Assembly (NCBI RefSeq): GCF_006345805.1 | Contig: NW_021833014.1 | Coordinates: 1-64,000 of the forward strand | Source: Octopus sinensis | Taxonomy: Eukaryota | DNA length: 64,000 nucleotides | Direction of reading: 5' to 3' | Translations under genes and position numbers: made by a program | Shown: positions 35,901 to 50,900 of the stretch, piece by piece | Layout: every line of letters starts with the position of its first letter | Position numbering within the stretch: the stretch's first letter is position 1 | The notes under the pieces: model-generated | Seen by the model: only the letters and a program-made list of their open reading frames with translations | What the model was told of the DNA's origin: nothing | The model's database searches: none

Positions 35901-38900
35901 GACCATGCTCAATGGTGCTTTTTACATGCCACTGGCAATGACCACACTTGAATGGTGCTTTTATGTGTCTGGCACAGGAGCTAGTCAGTATCGACCATGC
36001 TCAAATGGTGCTTTTTACATGCCACTGGCACAGGAGCCAGTCTGGTAACACTGGCAACGATCATGCTCGAATGGTGCTTTTTACATGCCACTGGCAATGA
36101 CCACACTTGAATGGGGCTTTTTTGTGCCACTGGCACAGGAGCCAGTCAGACATCGACCATGCTCAAATGGTGCTTTTTACATGCCACTGGCAATGACCAC
36201 ACTTGAATGGTGTTTTTATGTGTCATTGGCACAGGAGCCAGTCAGGTATTGACCATGCTCAAATGGTGCTTTTTACATGCCACTGGCAATGACCACACTT
36301 GAATGGTGCTTTTATGTGTCACTGGCACAGGAGCTAGTCAGGTATCGACCATGCTCAAATGGTGCTTTTTACATGCCACTGGCACAGGAGCCAGTCTGGT
36401 AACACTGGCAACGATCATGTTCGAATGGTGCTTTTTACATGCCACTGGCAATGACCACACTTGAATGGGGTTTTTATGTGTCACTGGCACAGGAGCCAGT
36501 CAGGTATCGACCATGCTCAAATGGTGCTTTTTACATGCCACTGGCACAGGAGCCAGTCTGGTAACACTGGCAACGATCATGTTCGAATGGTGCTTTTTAC
36601 ATGCCACTGGCAATGACCACACTTGAATGGGGTTTTTATGTGTCACTGGCACAGGAGCCAGTCAGGTATTGACCATGCTCAAATGGTGCTTTTTACATGC
36701 CACTGGCACAGGAGCCAGTCTGGTAACACTGGCAACGATCATGTTCGAATGGTGCTTTTTACATGCCACTGGCAATGACCACACTTGAATGGGGTTTTTT
36801 GTGCCACTGGCACAGGAGCCTGTCAGGTATCGACCATGCTCAAATGGTGCTTTTTACATGCCACTGGCACAGGAGCCAGTCTGGTACACTGGCAACGATC
36901 ATGTTCGAATGGTGCTTTTTACATGCCACTGGCAATGACCACACTTGAATGGTGTTTTTATGTGCCACTGGCACAGTAGCCAGTCAGGCATCGACCATGC
37001 TCAAATGGTGCTTTTTACATGCCTCTGGCACAGGAGCCAGTCTGGTAACACTGGCAACGATCATGCTCGAATGGTGCTTTTTACATGCCACTGGCAATGA
37101 CCACACTTGAATGGGGTTTTTATGTGTCACTGGCACAGGAGCCAGTCAGGTATCGACCATGCTCAAATGGTGCTTTTTACATGCCACTGCACAGGAGCCA
37201 GTCTGGTAACACTGGCAACGATCATGCTCGAATGGTGCTTTTTACATGCCACTGGAATGACCACACTTGAATGGTGTTTTTATGTGTCACTGGCACAGGA
37301 GCCAGTCAGGCATCGACCATGCTCAATGGTGCTTTTTACATGCCACTGGCACAGGAGCCAGTCTGGTAACACTGGCAACGACCATGCTCGAATGGTGCTT
37401 TTTACATGCCAGTGGCAATGACCACACTTGAATGGTGTTTTTATGTGCCACTGGCACAGGAGCCAGTCAGGCATCGACCATGCTCAAATGGTGCTTTTTA
37501 CATGCCACTGGCAATGACCACACTTGAATGGTGTTTTTATGTGTCACTGGCACAGGAGCCAGTCAGGCATCGACCATGCTCGAATGGTGCTTTTTACATG
37601 CCACTGGCAATGACCACACTTGAATCGTGTTTTTATGTGTCACTGGCACAGCAGCCAGTCAGGCATCGACCATGCTCAAATGGTGCTTTTTACATGCCAG
37701 TGGCAATGACCACATTTGAATGGTGTTTTTATGTGTCACTGGCACAGGAGCCAGTCAGCCATCGACCATGCTCAAATGGTGCTTTTTACATGCCACTGGC
37801 ACAGGAGCCAGTCTGGTAACACTGGCAACGATCATGCTCGAATGGTGCTTTTTACATGCCACTGGCAATGACCACACTTGAATGGTGTTTTTATGTGCCA
37901 CTGGCACAGTAGCCAGTCAGGCATCGACCATGCTCAAATGGTGCTTCTTACATGCCACTGGCACAGGAGCCAGTCTGGTAACACTGGCAACGATCATGCT
38001 CGAATGGTGCTTTTTACATGCCACTGGCAATGACCACACTTGAATGGTGTTTTTATGTGCCACTGGCACAGTAGCCAGTCAGGCATCGACCATGCTCAAA
38101 TGGTGCTTTTACATGCCTCTGGCACAGGAGCCAGTCTGGTAACACTGGCAACGATCATGTTCGAATGGTGCTTTTTACATGCCACTGGCAATGACCACAC
38201 TTGAATAGTGTTTTTATGTGCCACTGGCACAGTAGCCAGTCAGGCATCGACCATGCTCAAATGGTGCTTTTTACATGTCACTGGCACAGGAGCCAGTCTG
38301 GTAACACTGGCAACGATCATGCTCGAATGGTGCTTTTTACATGCCACTGGTAATGACCACACTTGAATGGTGTTTTTATGTGTCACTGGCACAGGAGCCA
38401 GTCAGGCATCGACCATGCTCAAATGGTGCTTTTTACATGCCACTGGCACAGGAGCCTGTCTGGTAACACTGGCAACGATCATGCTCGAATGGTGCTTTGT
38501 ACATGCCACTGGTAATGACCACACTTGAATGGTGTTTTTATGTTCCACTGGCACAGTAGCCAGTCAGGCATCGACCATGCTCAAATGGTGCTTTTACATG
38601 CCTCTGGCACAGGAGCCAGTCTGGTAACACTGGCAACGATCATGCTCGAATGGTGCTTTTACATGCCACTGGCAATGACCACACTTGAATGGGGTTTTTA
38701 TGTGTCACTGGCACAGGAGCCAGTCAGGTATCGACCATGCTCAAATGGTGCTTTTTACATGCCACTGGCACAGGAGCCAGTCTGGTAACACTGGCAACGA
38801 TCATGCTCGAATGGTGCTTTTTACATGCCACTGGTAATGACCACACTTGAATGGTGTTTTTATGTGTCACTGGCACAGGAGCCAGTCAGGCATCGACCAT

Positions 38901-41900
38901 GCTCAAATGGTGCTTTTTACATGCCACTGGCACAGGAGCCAGTCTGGTAACACTGGCAACGATCATGCTCGAATGGTGCTTTGTACATGCCACTGGTAAT
39001 GACCACACTTGAATGGTGTTTTTATGTGTCACTGGCACAGGAGCCAGTCAGGCATCGACCATGCTCAAATGGTGCTTTTTACATGCCACTGGCACAGGAG
39101 CCAGTCTGGTAACACTGGCAACGATCATGCTCGAATGGTGCTTTTTACATGCCACTGGCAATGACCACACTTGAATGGGGTTTTTAGTGTCACTGGCACA
39201 GGAGCCAGTCAGGCATCGACATGCTCAAATGGTGCTTTTTACATGCCACTGGCACAGGAGCCAGTCTGGTAACACTGGCAACGATCATGCTCGAATGTGC
39301 TTTTTACATGCCACTGGCAATGACCACACTTGAATGGTGTTTTTATGTGCCACTGGCACAGTAGCCAGTCAGCCATCGACCATGCTCAAATGGTGCTTCT
39401 TACATGCCACTGGCACAGGAGCCAGTCTGGTAACACTGGCAACGATCATGCTCGAATGGTGCTTTTACAATGCCACTGGCAATGACCACACTTGAATGGG
39501 GTTTTTATGTGTCACTGGCACAGGAGCCAGTCAGGCATCGACCATGCTCAAATGGTGCTTTTTACATGCCACTGGCACAGGAGCCATCTGGTAACACTGG
39601 CAACGATCATGCTCGAATGGTGCTTTTTACATGCCACTGGCAATGACCACACTTGAATGGTGTTTTTATGTGCCACTGGCACAGTCCAGTCAGGCATCGA
39701 CCATGCCTCAATGTGCTTTTTACATGCCACTGGCACACGGAGCCAGTCTGGTAACACTGGCAACGATCATGCTCGAATGGTGCTTTTTTACATATGCCAC
39801 CTGTAATGACCACACTTGAATGGTGTTTTTATGTGTCACTGGCACAGGAGCCAGTCAGGCATCGACTATGCTCAAATGGTGCTATTTACATGCCACTGGC
39901 ACAGGAGCCAGTCTGGTAACACTGGCAACGATCATGCTCGAATGGTGCTTTTACATGCCACTGGCAATGACCCACTTGAATGGTGCTTTTATGTGTCACT
40001 GGCACAGGAGCCAGTCAGGCATCGACCATGCTCAAATGGTGCTTCTTACATGCCACTGGCACAGGAGCCAGTCTGGTAACACTGGCATCGACATGCTCGA
40101 ATGGTGCTTTTTACATGCCACTGGCAATGACCACACTTGAATGGTGTTTTTATGTGTCACTGGCACAGGTGCCAGTCAGGCATCGACCATGCTCAAATGG
40201 TGCTTCTACATGCCACTGGCACAGGAGCCAGTCTGGTAACACTGGCATCGACCATGCTCGAATGGTGCTTTTTACATGCCACTGGCAATGACCACACTTG
40301 AATGGTGCTTTTATGTGTCACTGGCACAGGAGCCAGTCAGATATCGACCATGCTCAAATGGTGCTTCTTACATGCCACTGGCACAGGAGCCAGTCTGGTA
40401 ACACTGGCATCGACCATGCTCGAATGGTGCTTTTTACATGCACTGGTAATGTAATGAACACACTTGAATGGTGTTTTTATGTGCCACTGGCACAGGAGCC
40501 AGTCAGCCATCGAGCATGCTCAAATGGTGCTTTTTACATGTCACTGGCACAGGAGCCAGTCTGGTAACACTGGCAACGATCATGCTCGAATGGTGCTTTT
40601 TACATGCCACTGGTAATGACCACACTTGAATGGTGTTTTTATGTGCCACTGGCACAGGAGCCAGTCAGCCATCGAGCATGCTCAAATGGTGCTTTTTACA
40701 TGTCACTGGCACAGGAGCCAGTCTGGTAACACTGGCAACGATCATGTTCGAATGGTGCTTTTTACATGCCACTGGTAATGAACACACTTGAATGGTGTTT
40801 TTATGTGCCACTGGCACAGGAGCCAGTCAGCCATCGAGCATGCTCAAATGGTGCTTTTTACATGTCACTGGCACAGGAGCCAGTCTGGTAACACTGGCAA
40901 CGATCATGCTCGAATGGTGCTTTTTACATGCCACTGGTAATGACCACACTTGAATGGTGTTTTTATGTCCCACTGGCACAGGAGCCAGTCAGCCATCGAG
41001 CATGCTCAAATGGTGCTTTTTACATGTCACTGGCACAGGAGCCAGTCTGGTAACACTGGCAACGATCATGCTCGAATGGTGCTTTGTACATGCCACTGGT
41101 AATGACCACACTTGAATGGTGTTTTTATGTGCCACTGGCACAGGAGCCAGTCAGGCATCGACCATGCTCAAATGGTGCTTTTTACATGCCTCTGGCAACA
41201 GGAGCCAGATCGTCTGGTAACACTGGCAACGATCATGCTCGAATGGTGCTTTTTACATGCCACTGGCAATGACCACACCTTGAATGGTGTTTTTAGTGCC
41301 ACTGGCACAGGAGCCAGTCAGGCATCGACCATGCTCAAATGGTGCTTTTTACATGCCTCTGGCACAGAGCCAGTCTGGTAACACTGGCAACGATCATGCT
41401 CGAATGGTGCTTTTTACATGCCACAATGGCAATGACACACTTGAATGGTGTTTTTAGGTTCCACTGGCACAGGAGCCAGTCAGGCATCGACCATGCTCAA
41501 ATGGTGCTTTTTACATGCCTTGGCACAGGAGCCAGTCTGTTAACACTGGCAACGATCATGCTCGAATGGTGCTTTTTACATGCCACTGGCAATGACCACA
41601 CTTGAATGGGGTTTTTATGTCCACTGGCACAGGAGCCAGTCAGGCATCGACCATGCTCAAATGGGCTTTTTACATGCCTCTGGCACAGGAGCATTCTGGT
41701 AACACTGGCCAACGATCATGCTCGAATGGTGCTTTTTACATGCCACTGGCAATGACCACACTTGAATGGTGTTTTTATGTGCACTGGCACAGGAGCCAGT
41801 CAGGCATCGACCATGCTCAAAGGTGCTTTTCATGCCTCTGGCACAGGAGCCAGTCTGGTAACACTGGCAACGATCATGCTCGAATGGTGCTTTTTACATG

Positions 41901-44900
41901 CCACTGGCCCCAATGACCACACTTGAATGGTGTGTTTTTATGTGCCACTGGAACAGGAGCCAGTCAGCATCGACCATGCTCAAATGGTGCTTTTTACATG
42001 CCACTGGCCAGGAGCCAGTCTGGTAACACTGGCAACGATCATGCTCGAATGTGGCTTTTTACATGCCACTGGCAATGACCACACTTGAATGGTGTTATCT
42101 TTATGTGCCACTGGCACACAGGAGCCAGTCAGGCATCGACCATGCTCAAATGGTGCTTTTACATGCCACTGGCAATGACCACACTTGAATGGTGTCTTTA
42201 TGTGCCACTGGCACAGGAGCCAGTAAGGCATCGACCATGCTCAAATAGTGCATTTTACATGCCTCTGGCACAGGAGCCAGTCTGGTAACACTGGCAACGA
42301 TCATGCTCGAATGGTGCTTTTTACATGCCACTGGCAATGACCACACTTGAATGGTGTTTTTATGTGTCACTGGCACAGGAGCCAGTCAGGCATCGACCAT
42401 GCTCAAATGGTGCTTTTTACATGCCACTGGCACAGGAGCCAGTCTGGTAACACTGGCAACGATCATGCTCAAATGGTGCTTTTTACATGCCACTGGCAAT
42501 GACCACACTTGAATGGTGTTTTTATGTGTCACTGGCACAGGAGCCAGTCAGGCATCGACCATGCTCAAATGGTGCTTTTTACATGCCACTGGCAATGACT
42601 ACACTTGAATGGTGTTTTTATGTGTCACTGGCACAGGAGCAGTCAGGCATCGACCATGCTCAATGGTGCTTTTTACATGCCACTGGCAATGACTACACTT
42701 GAATGGTGTTTTTATGTGTCACTGGCACAGGAGCCAGTCAGGCATCGACCATGCTCAAATGGTGCTTTTTAATTGCCACTGGCACAGGAGCCAGTCTGGT
42801 AACACTGGCAACGATCATGCTCGAATGGTGCTTTTACATGCCACTGGCAATGACCACACTGAATGGTTGTTTTTATGTGTCACTGGCACAGGAGCAGTCA
42901 GGTATCGACCATGCTCAAATGGTGCTTCTTACATGCCACTGGCACAGGAGCCAGTCTGTAACACTGGCATCGACCATGCTCAAATGGTGCTTTTTACATG
43001 CCACTGGCAATGACCACACTTGAATGGTGGTTTTTATGTGCCACTGGCACAGGAGCCAGTCAGGCATCGACCATGCTCAAATGGTGCTTTTACATGCCAC
43101 TGGCAATGACCACACTTGAATGGTGTTTTTATGTGTCACTGGCACAGGAGCCAGTCAGGCATCGACCATGCTCAAATGGTGCTTTTTACATGCCACTGGC
43201 AATGACGACACTTGAATGGGTTTTATGTGTCACTGGCACAGGAGCCGTCAGGCATCGACCATGCTCAAATGGGTGTGCTTTTTACATGCCACTGGCAATG
43301 ACCACACTTGAATGGTGTTTTATGTGTCACTGGCACAGGAGCCAGTCAGGCATCGACCATGCTCAAATGGTGCTTTTTACATGCCACTGGCAATGACACA
43401 CTTGAATGGTGGTGTTTTTATGTGTCACTGGCACAGGAGCCAGTCAGGCATCGACCATGCTCAAATGGTGCTTTTTACATGCCACTGGCAATGACCACAC
43501 TTGAATGGTGTTTTTATGTGTCACTGGCACAGGAGCCAGTCAGGCATCGACCATGCTCAAATGGTGCTTTTTACATGCCACTGGCAATGACCACACTTGA
43601 ATGGTGTTTTTATGTGTCACTGGCACAGGAGCCAGTCAGGCATCGACCATGCTCAAATGGTGCTTTTTACATGCCACTGGCAATGACGACACTTCAATGG
43701 TGTTTTTTTGTGTCACTGGCACAGGAGCCAGTCAGGCATCGACCATGCTCAAATGGTGCTTTTTACATGCCACTGGCAATGACGACACTTGAAGGGTGTT
43801 TTATGTGTCACTGGCACAGGAGCCAGTCAGGCATCGACCATGCTCAAATGGTGCTTTTTACATGCCACTGGCAATGACCACACTTGAATGGTGTTTTTAT
43901 GTGTCACTGGCACAGGAGCCAGTCAGGCATCGACCATGCTCAAATGGTGCTTTTTACATGCCACTGGCAATGACCACACTTGAATGGTGTTTTTATGTGT
44001 CACTGGCACAGGAGCCAGTCAGGCATCGACCATGCTCAAATGGTGCTTTTTACATGCCACTGGCAATGACCACACTTGAATGGTGTTTTTATGTGTCACT
44101 GGCACAGGAGCCAGTCAGGCATCGACCATGCTCAAATGGTGCTTTTTACATGCCACTGGCAATGACCACACTTGAATGGTGTTTTTATGTGTCACTGGCA
44201 CAGGAGCCAGTCAGGCATCGACCATGCTCAAATGGTGCTTTTTACATGCCACTGGCAATGACGACACTTGAATGGTGTTTTTATGTGTCACTGGCACAGG
44301 AGCCAGTCAGGCATCGACCATGCTCAAATGGTGCTTTTTACATGCCACTGGCAATGACCACACTTGAATGGTGTTTTTATGTGTCACTGGCACAGGAGCC
44401 AGTCAGGCATCGACCATGCTCAAATGGTGCTTTTACATGCCACTGGCAATGACCACACTTGAATGGTGTTTTTATGTGTCACTGGCACAGGAGCCAGTCA
44501 GCATCGACCATGCTCAAATGGTGCTTTTTACATGCCACTGGCAATGACCACACTTGAATGGTGTTTTTATGTGTCACTGGCACAGGAGCCAGTCAGGCAT
44601 CGACCATGCTCAAATGGTGCTTTTTACATGCCACTGGCAATGACGACACTTGAATGGTGTTTTTATGTGTCACTGGCACAGGAGCCAGTCAGGCATCGAC
44701 CATGCTCAAATGGTGCTTTTTACATGCCACTGGCAATGACGACATTTGAATGGTGTTTTTATGTGTCACTGGCACAGGAGCCAGTCAGGCATCGACCATG
44801 CTCAAATGGTGCTTTTTACATGCCACTGGCAATGACCACACTTGAATGGTGTTTTTATGTGTCACTGGCACAGGAGCCAGTCAGGCATCGACCATGCTCA

Positions 44901-47900
44901 AATGGTGCTTTTTACATGCCACTGGCAATGACCACACTTGAATGGTGTTTTTATGTGTCACTGGCACAGGAGCCAGTCAGGCATCGACCATGCTCAAATG
45001 GTGCTTTTTACATGCCAGTGGCAATGACCACACTTGAATGGTGTTTTTATGTGTCACTGGCACAGGAGCCAGTCAGGCATCGACCATGCTCAAATGGTGC
45101 TTTTTACATGCCACTGGCAATGACCACACTTGAATGGTGTTTTTTGTATTGTCACTGGCACAGGAGCAGTCAGGCATCGACCATGCTCAAATGGTGCTTT
45201 TTACATGCCACTGGCAATGACCACACTTGATGGTGTTTTTATGTGTCACTGGCACAGGAGCAGTCAGGCATCGACCATGCTCAAATGGTGCTTTTTACAT
45301 GCCACTGGCAATGACGACACTTGAATGGTGTTTTTATATGTGTCACTGGCACAGGAGCCGTCAGGCATCGACCATGCTCAAATGGTCTGTTTTACATGCC
45401 ACTGGCAATGACCACACTTGAATGGTGTTTTTATTGTCACTGGCACAGGAGCCAGTCAGGCATCGACCATGCTCAAATGGTGCTTTTTACATGCCACTGG
45501 CAATGACGACACTTGAATGGTGTTTTTATGTGTCACTGGCACAGGAGCCAGTCAGGCATCGACCATGCTCAAATGGTGCTTTTTACATGCCACTGGCAAT
45601 GACACACTTGAATGGTGTTTTATGTGTCACTGGCACAGGAGCCAGTCAGGCATCGACCATGCTCAAATGGTGCTTTTTACATGCCACTGGCAATGACCAC
45701 ACTTGAATGGTGTTTTTATGTGTCACTGGCACAGGAGCCAGTCAGGCATCGACCATGCTCAAATGGTGCTTTTTACATGCCACTGGCAATGACCACACTT
45801 GAATGGTGTTTTTATGTGTCACTGGCACAGGAGCCAGTCAGGCATCGACCATGCTCAAATGGTGCTTTTTCATGCCACTGGCAATGACCACACTTGAATG
45901 GTGTTTTTATGTGTCCTGGCACAGGAGCCAGTCAGGCATCGACCATGCTCAAATGGTGCTTTTTACATGCCACTGGCAATGACGACACTTGAATGGTGTT
46001 TTTATGTGTCACTGGCACAGGAGCCAGTCAGGCATCGACCATGCTCAAATGGTGCTTTTTACATGCCACTGGCAATGACGACACTTGAATGGTGTTTTTA
46101 TGTGTCACTGGCACAGGAGCCAGTCAGGCATCGACCATGCTCAAATGGTGCTTTTTACACATGCCACTGGCAATGACGACACTTGAATGGTGTTTTTATG
46201 TGTCACTGGCACAGGAGCCGTCAGGCATCGACCATGCTCAAATGTGGCTTTTTACATGCCACTGGCAATGACGACACTTGAATGTGTTTTTATGTGTCAC
46301 TCACTGGCACAGGAGCCAGTCAGCATCGACCATGCTCAAATGGTGCTTTTTACATGCCACTGGCAATGACGACACTTGAATGGTGTTTTTTATGTTCACT
46401 TCACTGGCACAGGAGCCAGTCAGGCATCGACCATGCTCAAATGGTGCTTTTTACATGCCACTGGCAATGACGACACTTGAATGGTGTTTTTTATGTTCAC
46501 TGGCACAGGAGCCAGTCAGGCATCGACCATGCTCAAATGGTGCTTTTTACATGCCACTGGCAATGACCACACTTGAATGGTGTTTTTATGTGTCACTGGC
46601 ACAGGAGCCAGTCAGGCATCGACCATGCTCAAATGGTGCTTTTTACATGCCACTGCAATGACGACACTTGAATGGTGTTTTTATGTGTCACTGGCACAGG
46701 AGCCAGTCAGGCATCGACCATGCTCAAATGGTGCTTTTTACATGCCACTGCAATGACCACACTTGAATGGTGTTTTTATGTGTCACTGGCACAGGGGCCA
46801 GTCCAGGCATCGACCATGCTCGAATGGTGCTTTTTACATGCCACTGGCAATGACCACACTTGAATGGTGTTTTTATGTGTCACTGGCACAGGAGCCAGTC
46901 AGGCATCGACCATGCTCAAATGGTGCTTTTTACATGCCACTGGCATGACCACACTTGAATGGTGTTTTTATGTGTCACTGGCACAGGAGCCAGTCAGGCA
47001 TCGACCATGCTCAAATGGTGCTTTTTTACATTGCCACTGGCAATGACGACACTTGAATGGTGTTTTTATGTGTCACTGGCACAGGAGCCAGTCAGGCATC
47101 GACCATGCTCAAATGGTGCTTTTTACATGCCACTGGCAATGACCACACTTGAATGGTGGTTTTTATGTGTCACTGGCACAGGAGCCAGTCAGGCATCGAC
47201 CATGCTCAAATGGTGCTTTTTACATGCCACTGGCAATGACGACACTTGAATGGTTGTTTTATTATGTGTCACTGGCACAGAGCCAGTCAGGCATCGACCA
47301 TGCTCAAATGGTGCTTTTTACATGCCACTGGCAATGACGACACTTGAATGGTGTTTTTATGTGTCACTGGCACAGGAGCCAGTCAGGCATCGACCATGCT
47401 CGAATGGTGCTTTTTACATGCCACTGGCAATGACCACACTTGAATGTGTTTTTATGTGTCACTGGCACAGGAGCCAGTCAGGCATCGACCATGCTCAAAT
47501 GGTGCTTTTACATGCCACTGGCAATGACCACACTTGAATGGTGTTTTTATGTGTCACTGGCACAGGAGCCAGTCAGGCATCGACCATGCTCAAATGGTGC
47601 TTTTTACATGCCACTGGCAATGACCACACTTGAATGGTGTTTTTATATGTGTCACTGGCACAGGAGCCAGTCAGGCATCGACCATGCTCAAATGGTGCTT
47701 TTACATGCCACTGGCATGACCACACTTGAATGGTGTTTTTTATGTGTCACTGGCACAGGAGCAGTCAGGCATCGACCATGCTCAAATGGTGCTTTTACAT
47801 GCCACTGGCAAGACGACACTTGAATGGTGTTTTTATGTGTCACTGGCACAGGAGCCAGCCAGTCAGGCATCGACCATGCTCAAATGGTGCTTTTTACATG

Positions 47901-50900
47901 CCACGGCAATGACGACACTTGAATGGTGTTTTTATGTGTCACTGGCACAGGAGCCAGTCAGGCATCGACCATGCTCAAATGGTGCTTTTTACATGCCACT
48001 GGCAATGACGACACTTGATGGTGTTTTTATGTGTCACTGGCACAGGAGCCAGTCAGGCATCGACCATGCTCAAATGGTGCTTTTTACATGCCACTGGCAT
48101 GACGACACTTGAATGGTGTTTTTATGTGTCACTGGCACAGGAGCCATCAGGCATCGACCATGCTCAATGGTGCTTTTTACATGCCACTGGCAATGACGAC
48201 ACTTGAATGGTGTTTTTATGTGTCCACTGGCACAGGAGCCAGTCAGGCATCGACCATGCTCAAATGGTGCTTTTTACATGCCACTGGCAATGACGACACT
48301 TGAATGGTGTTTTTTATGTGTCACTGGCACAGGAGCCAGTCAGGCATCGACCATGCTCAAATGGTGCTTTTTACATGCCACTGGCAATGACCACACTTGA
48401 ATGGTGTTTTTATGTGTCACTGGCACAGGAGCCAGTCAGGCATCGACCATGCTCAAATGGTGCTTTTTACATGCCACTGGCAATGACGACACTTGAATGG
48501 TGTTTTTATGTGTCACTGGCACAGGAGCCAGTCAGGCATCGACCATGCTCAAATGGTGCTTTTTTACATGCCACTGGCAATGACCACACTTGAATGGTGT
48601 TTTTATGTGTCACTGGCACAGGGGCCAGTCAGCATCGACCATCGCTCGAATGGTGCTTTTTACATGCCACTGGCAATGACCACACTTGAATGGTGTTTTT
48701 ATGTGTCACTGCACACAGGAGCCAGTCAGGCATCGACCATGCTCAAATGGTGCTTTTTACATGCCACTGGCATGACCACACTTGAATGGTGTTTTTTATG
48801 TGTCACTGGCACAGGAGCCAGTCAGGCATCGACCATGCTCAAATGGTGCTTTTTACATGCCACTGGCAATGACGACACTTGAATGGTGTTTTTATGTGTC
48901 ACTGGCACAGGAGCCAGTCAGCATCGACCATGCTCAAATGGTGCTTTTACATGCCACTGGCAATGACCACACTTGAATGGTGTTTTTTATGTGTCACTGG
49001 CACAGGAGCCAGTCAGGCATCGACCATGCTCAAATGGTGCTTTTTACATGCCACTGGCAATGACGACACTTGAATGGTGTTTTTATGTGTCACTTGGCAC
49101 AGGAGCCAGTCAGGCATCGACCATGCTCAAATGGTGCTTTTTACATGCCACTGGCAATGACGACACTTGAATGGTGTTTTTTATGTTCACTGGCACAGGA
49201 GCCAGTCAGGCCTCGACCATGCTCGAATGGTGCTTTTTACATGCCACTGGCAATGACCACACTTGAATGGTGTTTTATGTGTCACTGGCACAGGAGCCAG
49301 TCAGGCATCGACCATGCTCAAATGGTGCTTTTTACACTGCCACTGGCAATGACCACACTTGAATGGTGTTTTTATATGTGTCACTGGCACAGGAGCCATC
49401 AGGCATCGACCATGCTCAAATGGTGCTTTTTACATGCCACTGGCAATGACACACTTGAATGGTGTTTTTATGTGTCACTGGCACAGGAGCCAGTCAGGCA
49501 TCGACCATGCTCAATGGTGCTTTTTACATGCCACTGGCAATGACGACACTTGAATGGTGTTTTTATGTGTCACTGGCACAGGAGCCAGTCAGGCATCGAC
49601 CATGCTCAAATGGTGCTTTTTACATGCCACTGGCAATGACCACACTTGAATGGTGTTTTTATGTGTCACTGGCACAGGAGCCAGTCAGGCATCGACCATG
49701 CTCAAATGGTGCTTTTTACATGCCACTGGCAATGACCACACTTGAATGGTGTTTTTATGTGTCACTGGCACAGGAGCCAGTCAGGCATCGACCATGCTCA
49801 AATGGTGCTTTTTACATGCCACTGGCAATGACCACACTTGAATGGTGTTTTATGTGTCACTGGCACAGGAGCCAGTCAGGCATCGACCATGCTCAATGGT
49901 GCTTTTTACATGCCACTGGCAATGACGACACTTGAATGGTGTTTTTATTGTGTCACTGGCACAGGAGCCAGTCAGGCATCGACCATGCTCAAATGTGCTT
50001 TTTACATGCCACTGGCAATGACCACACTGAATGGTGTTTTTATGTGTCACTGGCACAGGAGCCAGTCAGGCATCGACCATGCTCAAATGGTGCTTTTTAC
50101 ATGCCACTGGCAATGACGACACTTGAATGGTGTTTTTATGTGTCACTGGCACAGGAGCCAGTCAGGCATCGACCATGCTCAAATGGTGCTTTTTACATGC
50201 CACTGGCAATGACGACCTTGAATGGTGTTTTTATGTGTCACTGGCACAGGAGCCAGTCAGGCATCGACCATGCTCGAATGGTGCTTTTTACATGCCACTG
50301 GCAATGACCACACTTGAATGGTGTTTTTTATGTGTCACTGGCACAGAGCCAGTCAGGCATCGACCATGCTCAAATGGTGCTTTTTACATGCCACTGGCAA
50401 TGACCACACTTGAATGGTGTTTTTATGTGTCACTGGCACAGGAGCCAGTCAGGCACGACCATGCTCAAATGGTGCTTTTTACATGCCACTGGCAATGACG
50501 ACACTTGAATGGTGTTTTTATGTGTCACGGCACAGGAGCCAGTCAGGCATCGACCATGCTCAAATGGTGCTTTTTACATGCCACTGGCAATGACGACACT
50601 TGAATGGTGTTTTTATGTGTCACTGGCACAGGAGCCAGTCAGGCATCGACCATGCTCAAATGGTGCTTTTTACATGCCACTGGCAATGACCACACTTGAA
50701 TGGTGTTTTATGTGTCACTGGCACAGGAGCCAGTCAGGCATCGACCTGCTCAAATGGTGCTTTTTACATGCCACTGGCAATGACCACACTTGAATGGTTT
50801 TTTATGTGTCACTGGCACAGGAGCCAGTCAGGCATCGACCATGCTCAAATGGTGCTTTTTACATGCCACTGGCAATGACCACACTTGAATGGTGTTTTTA

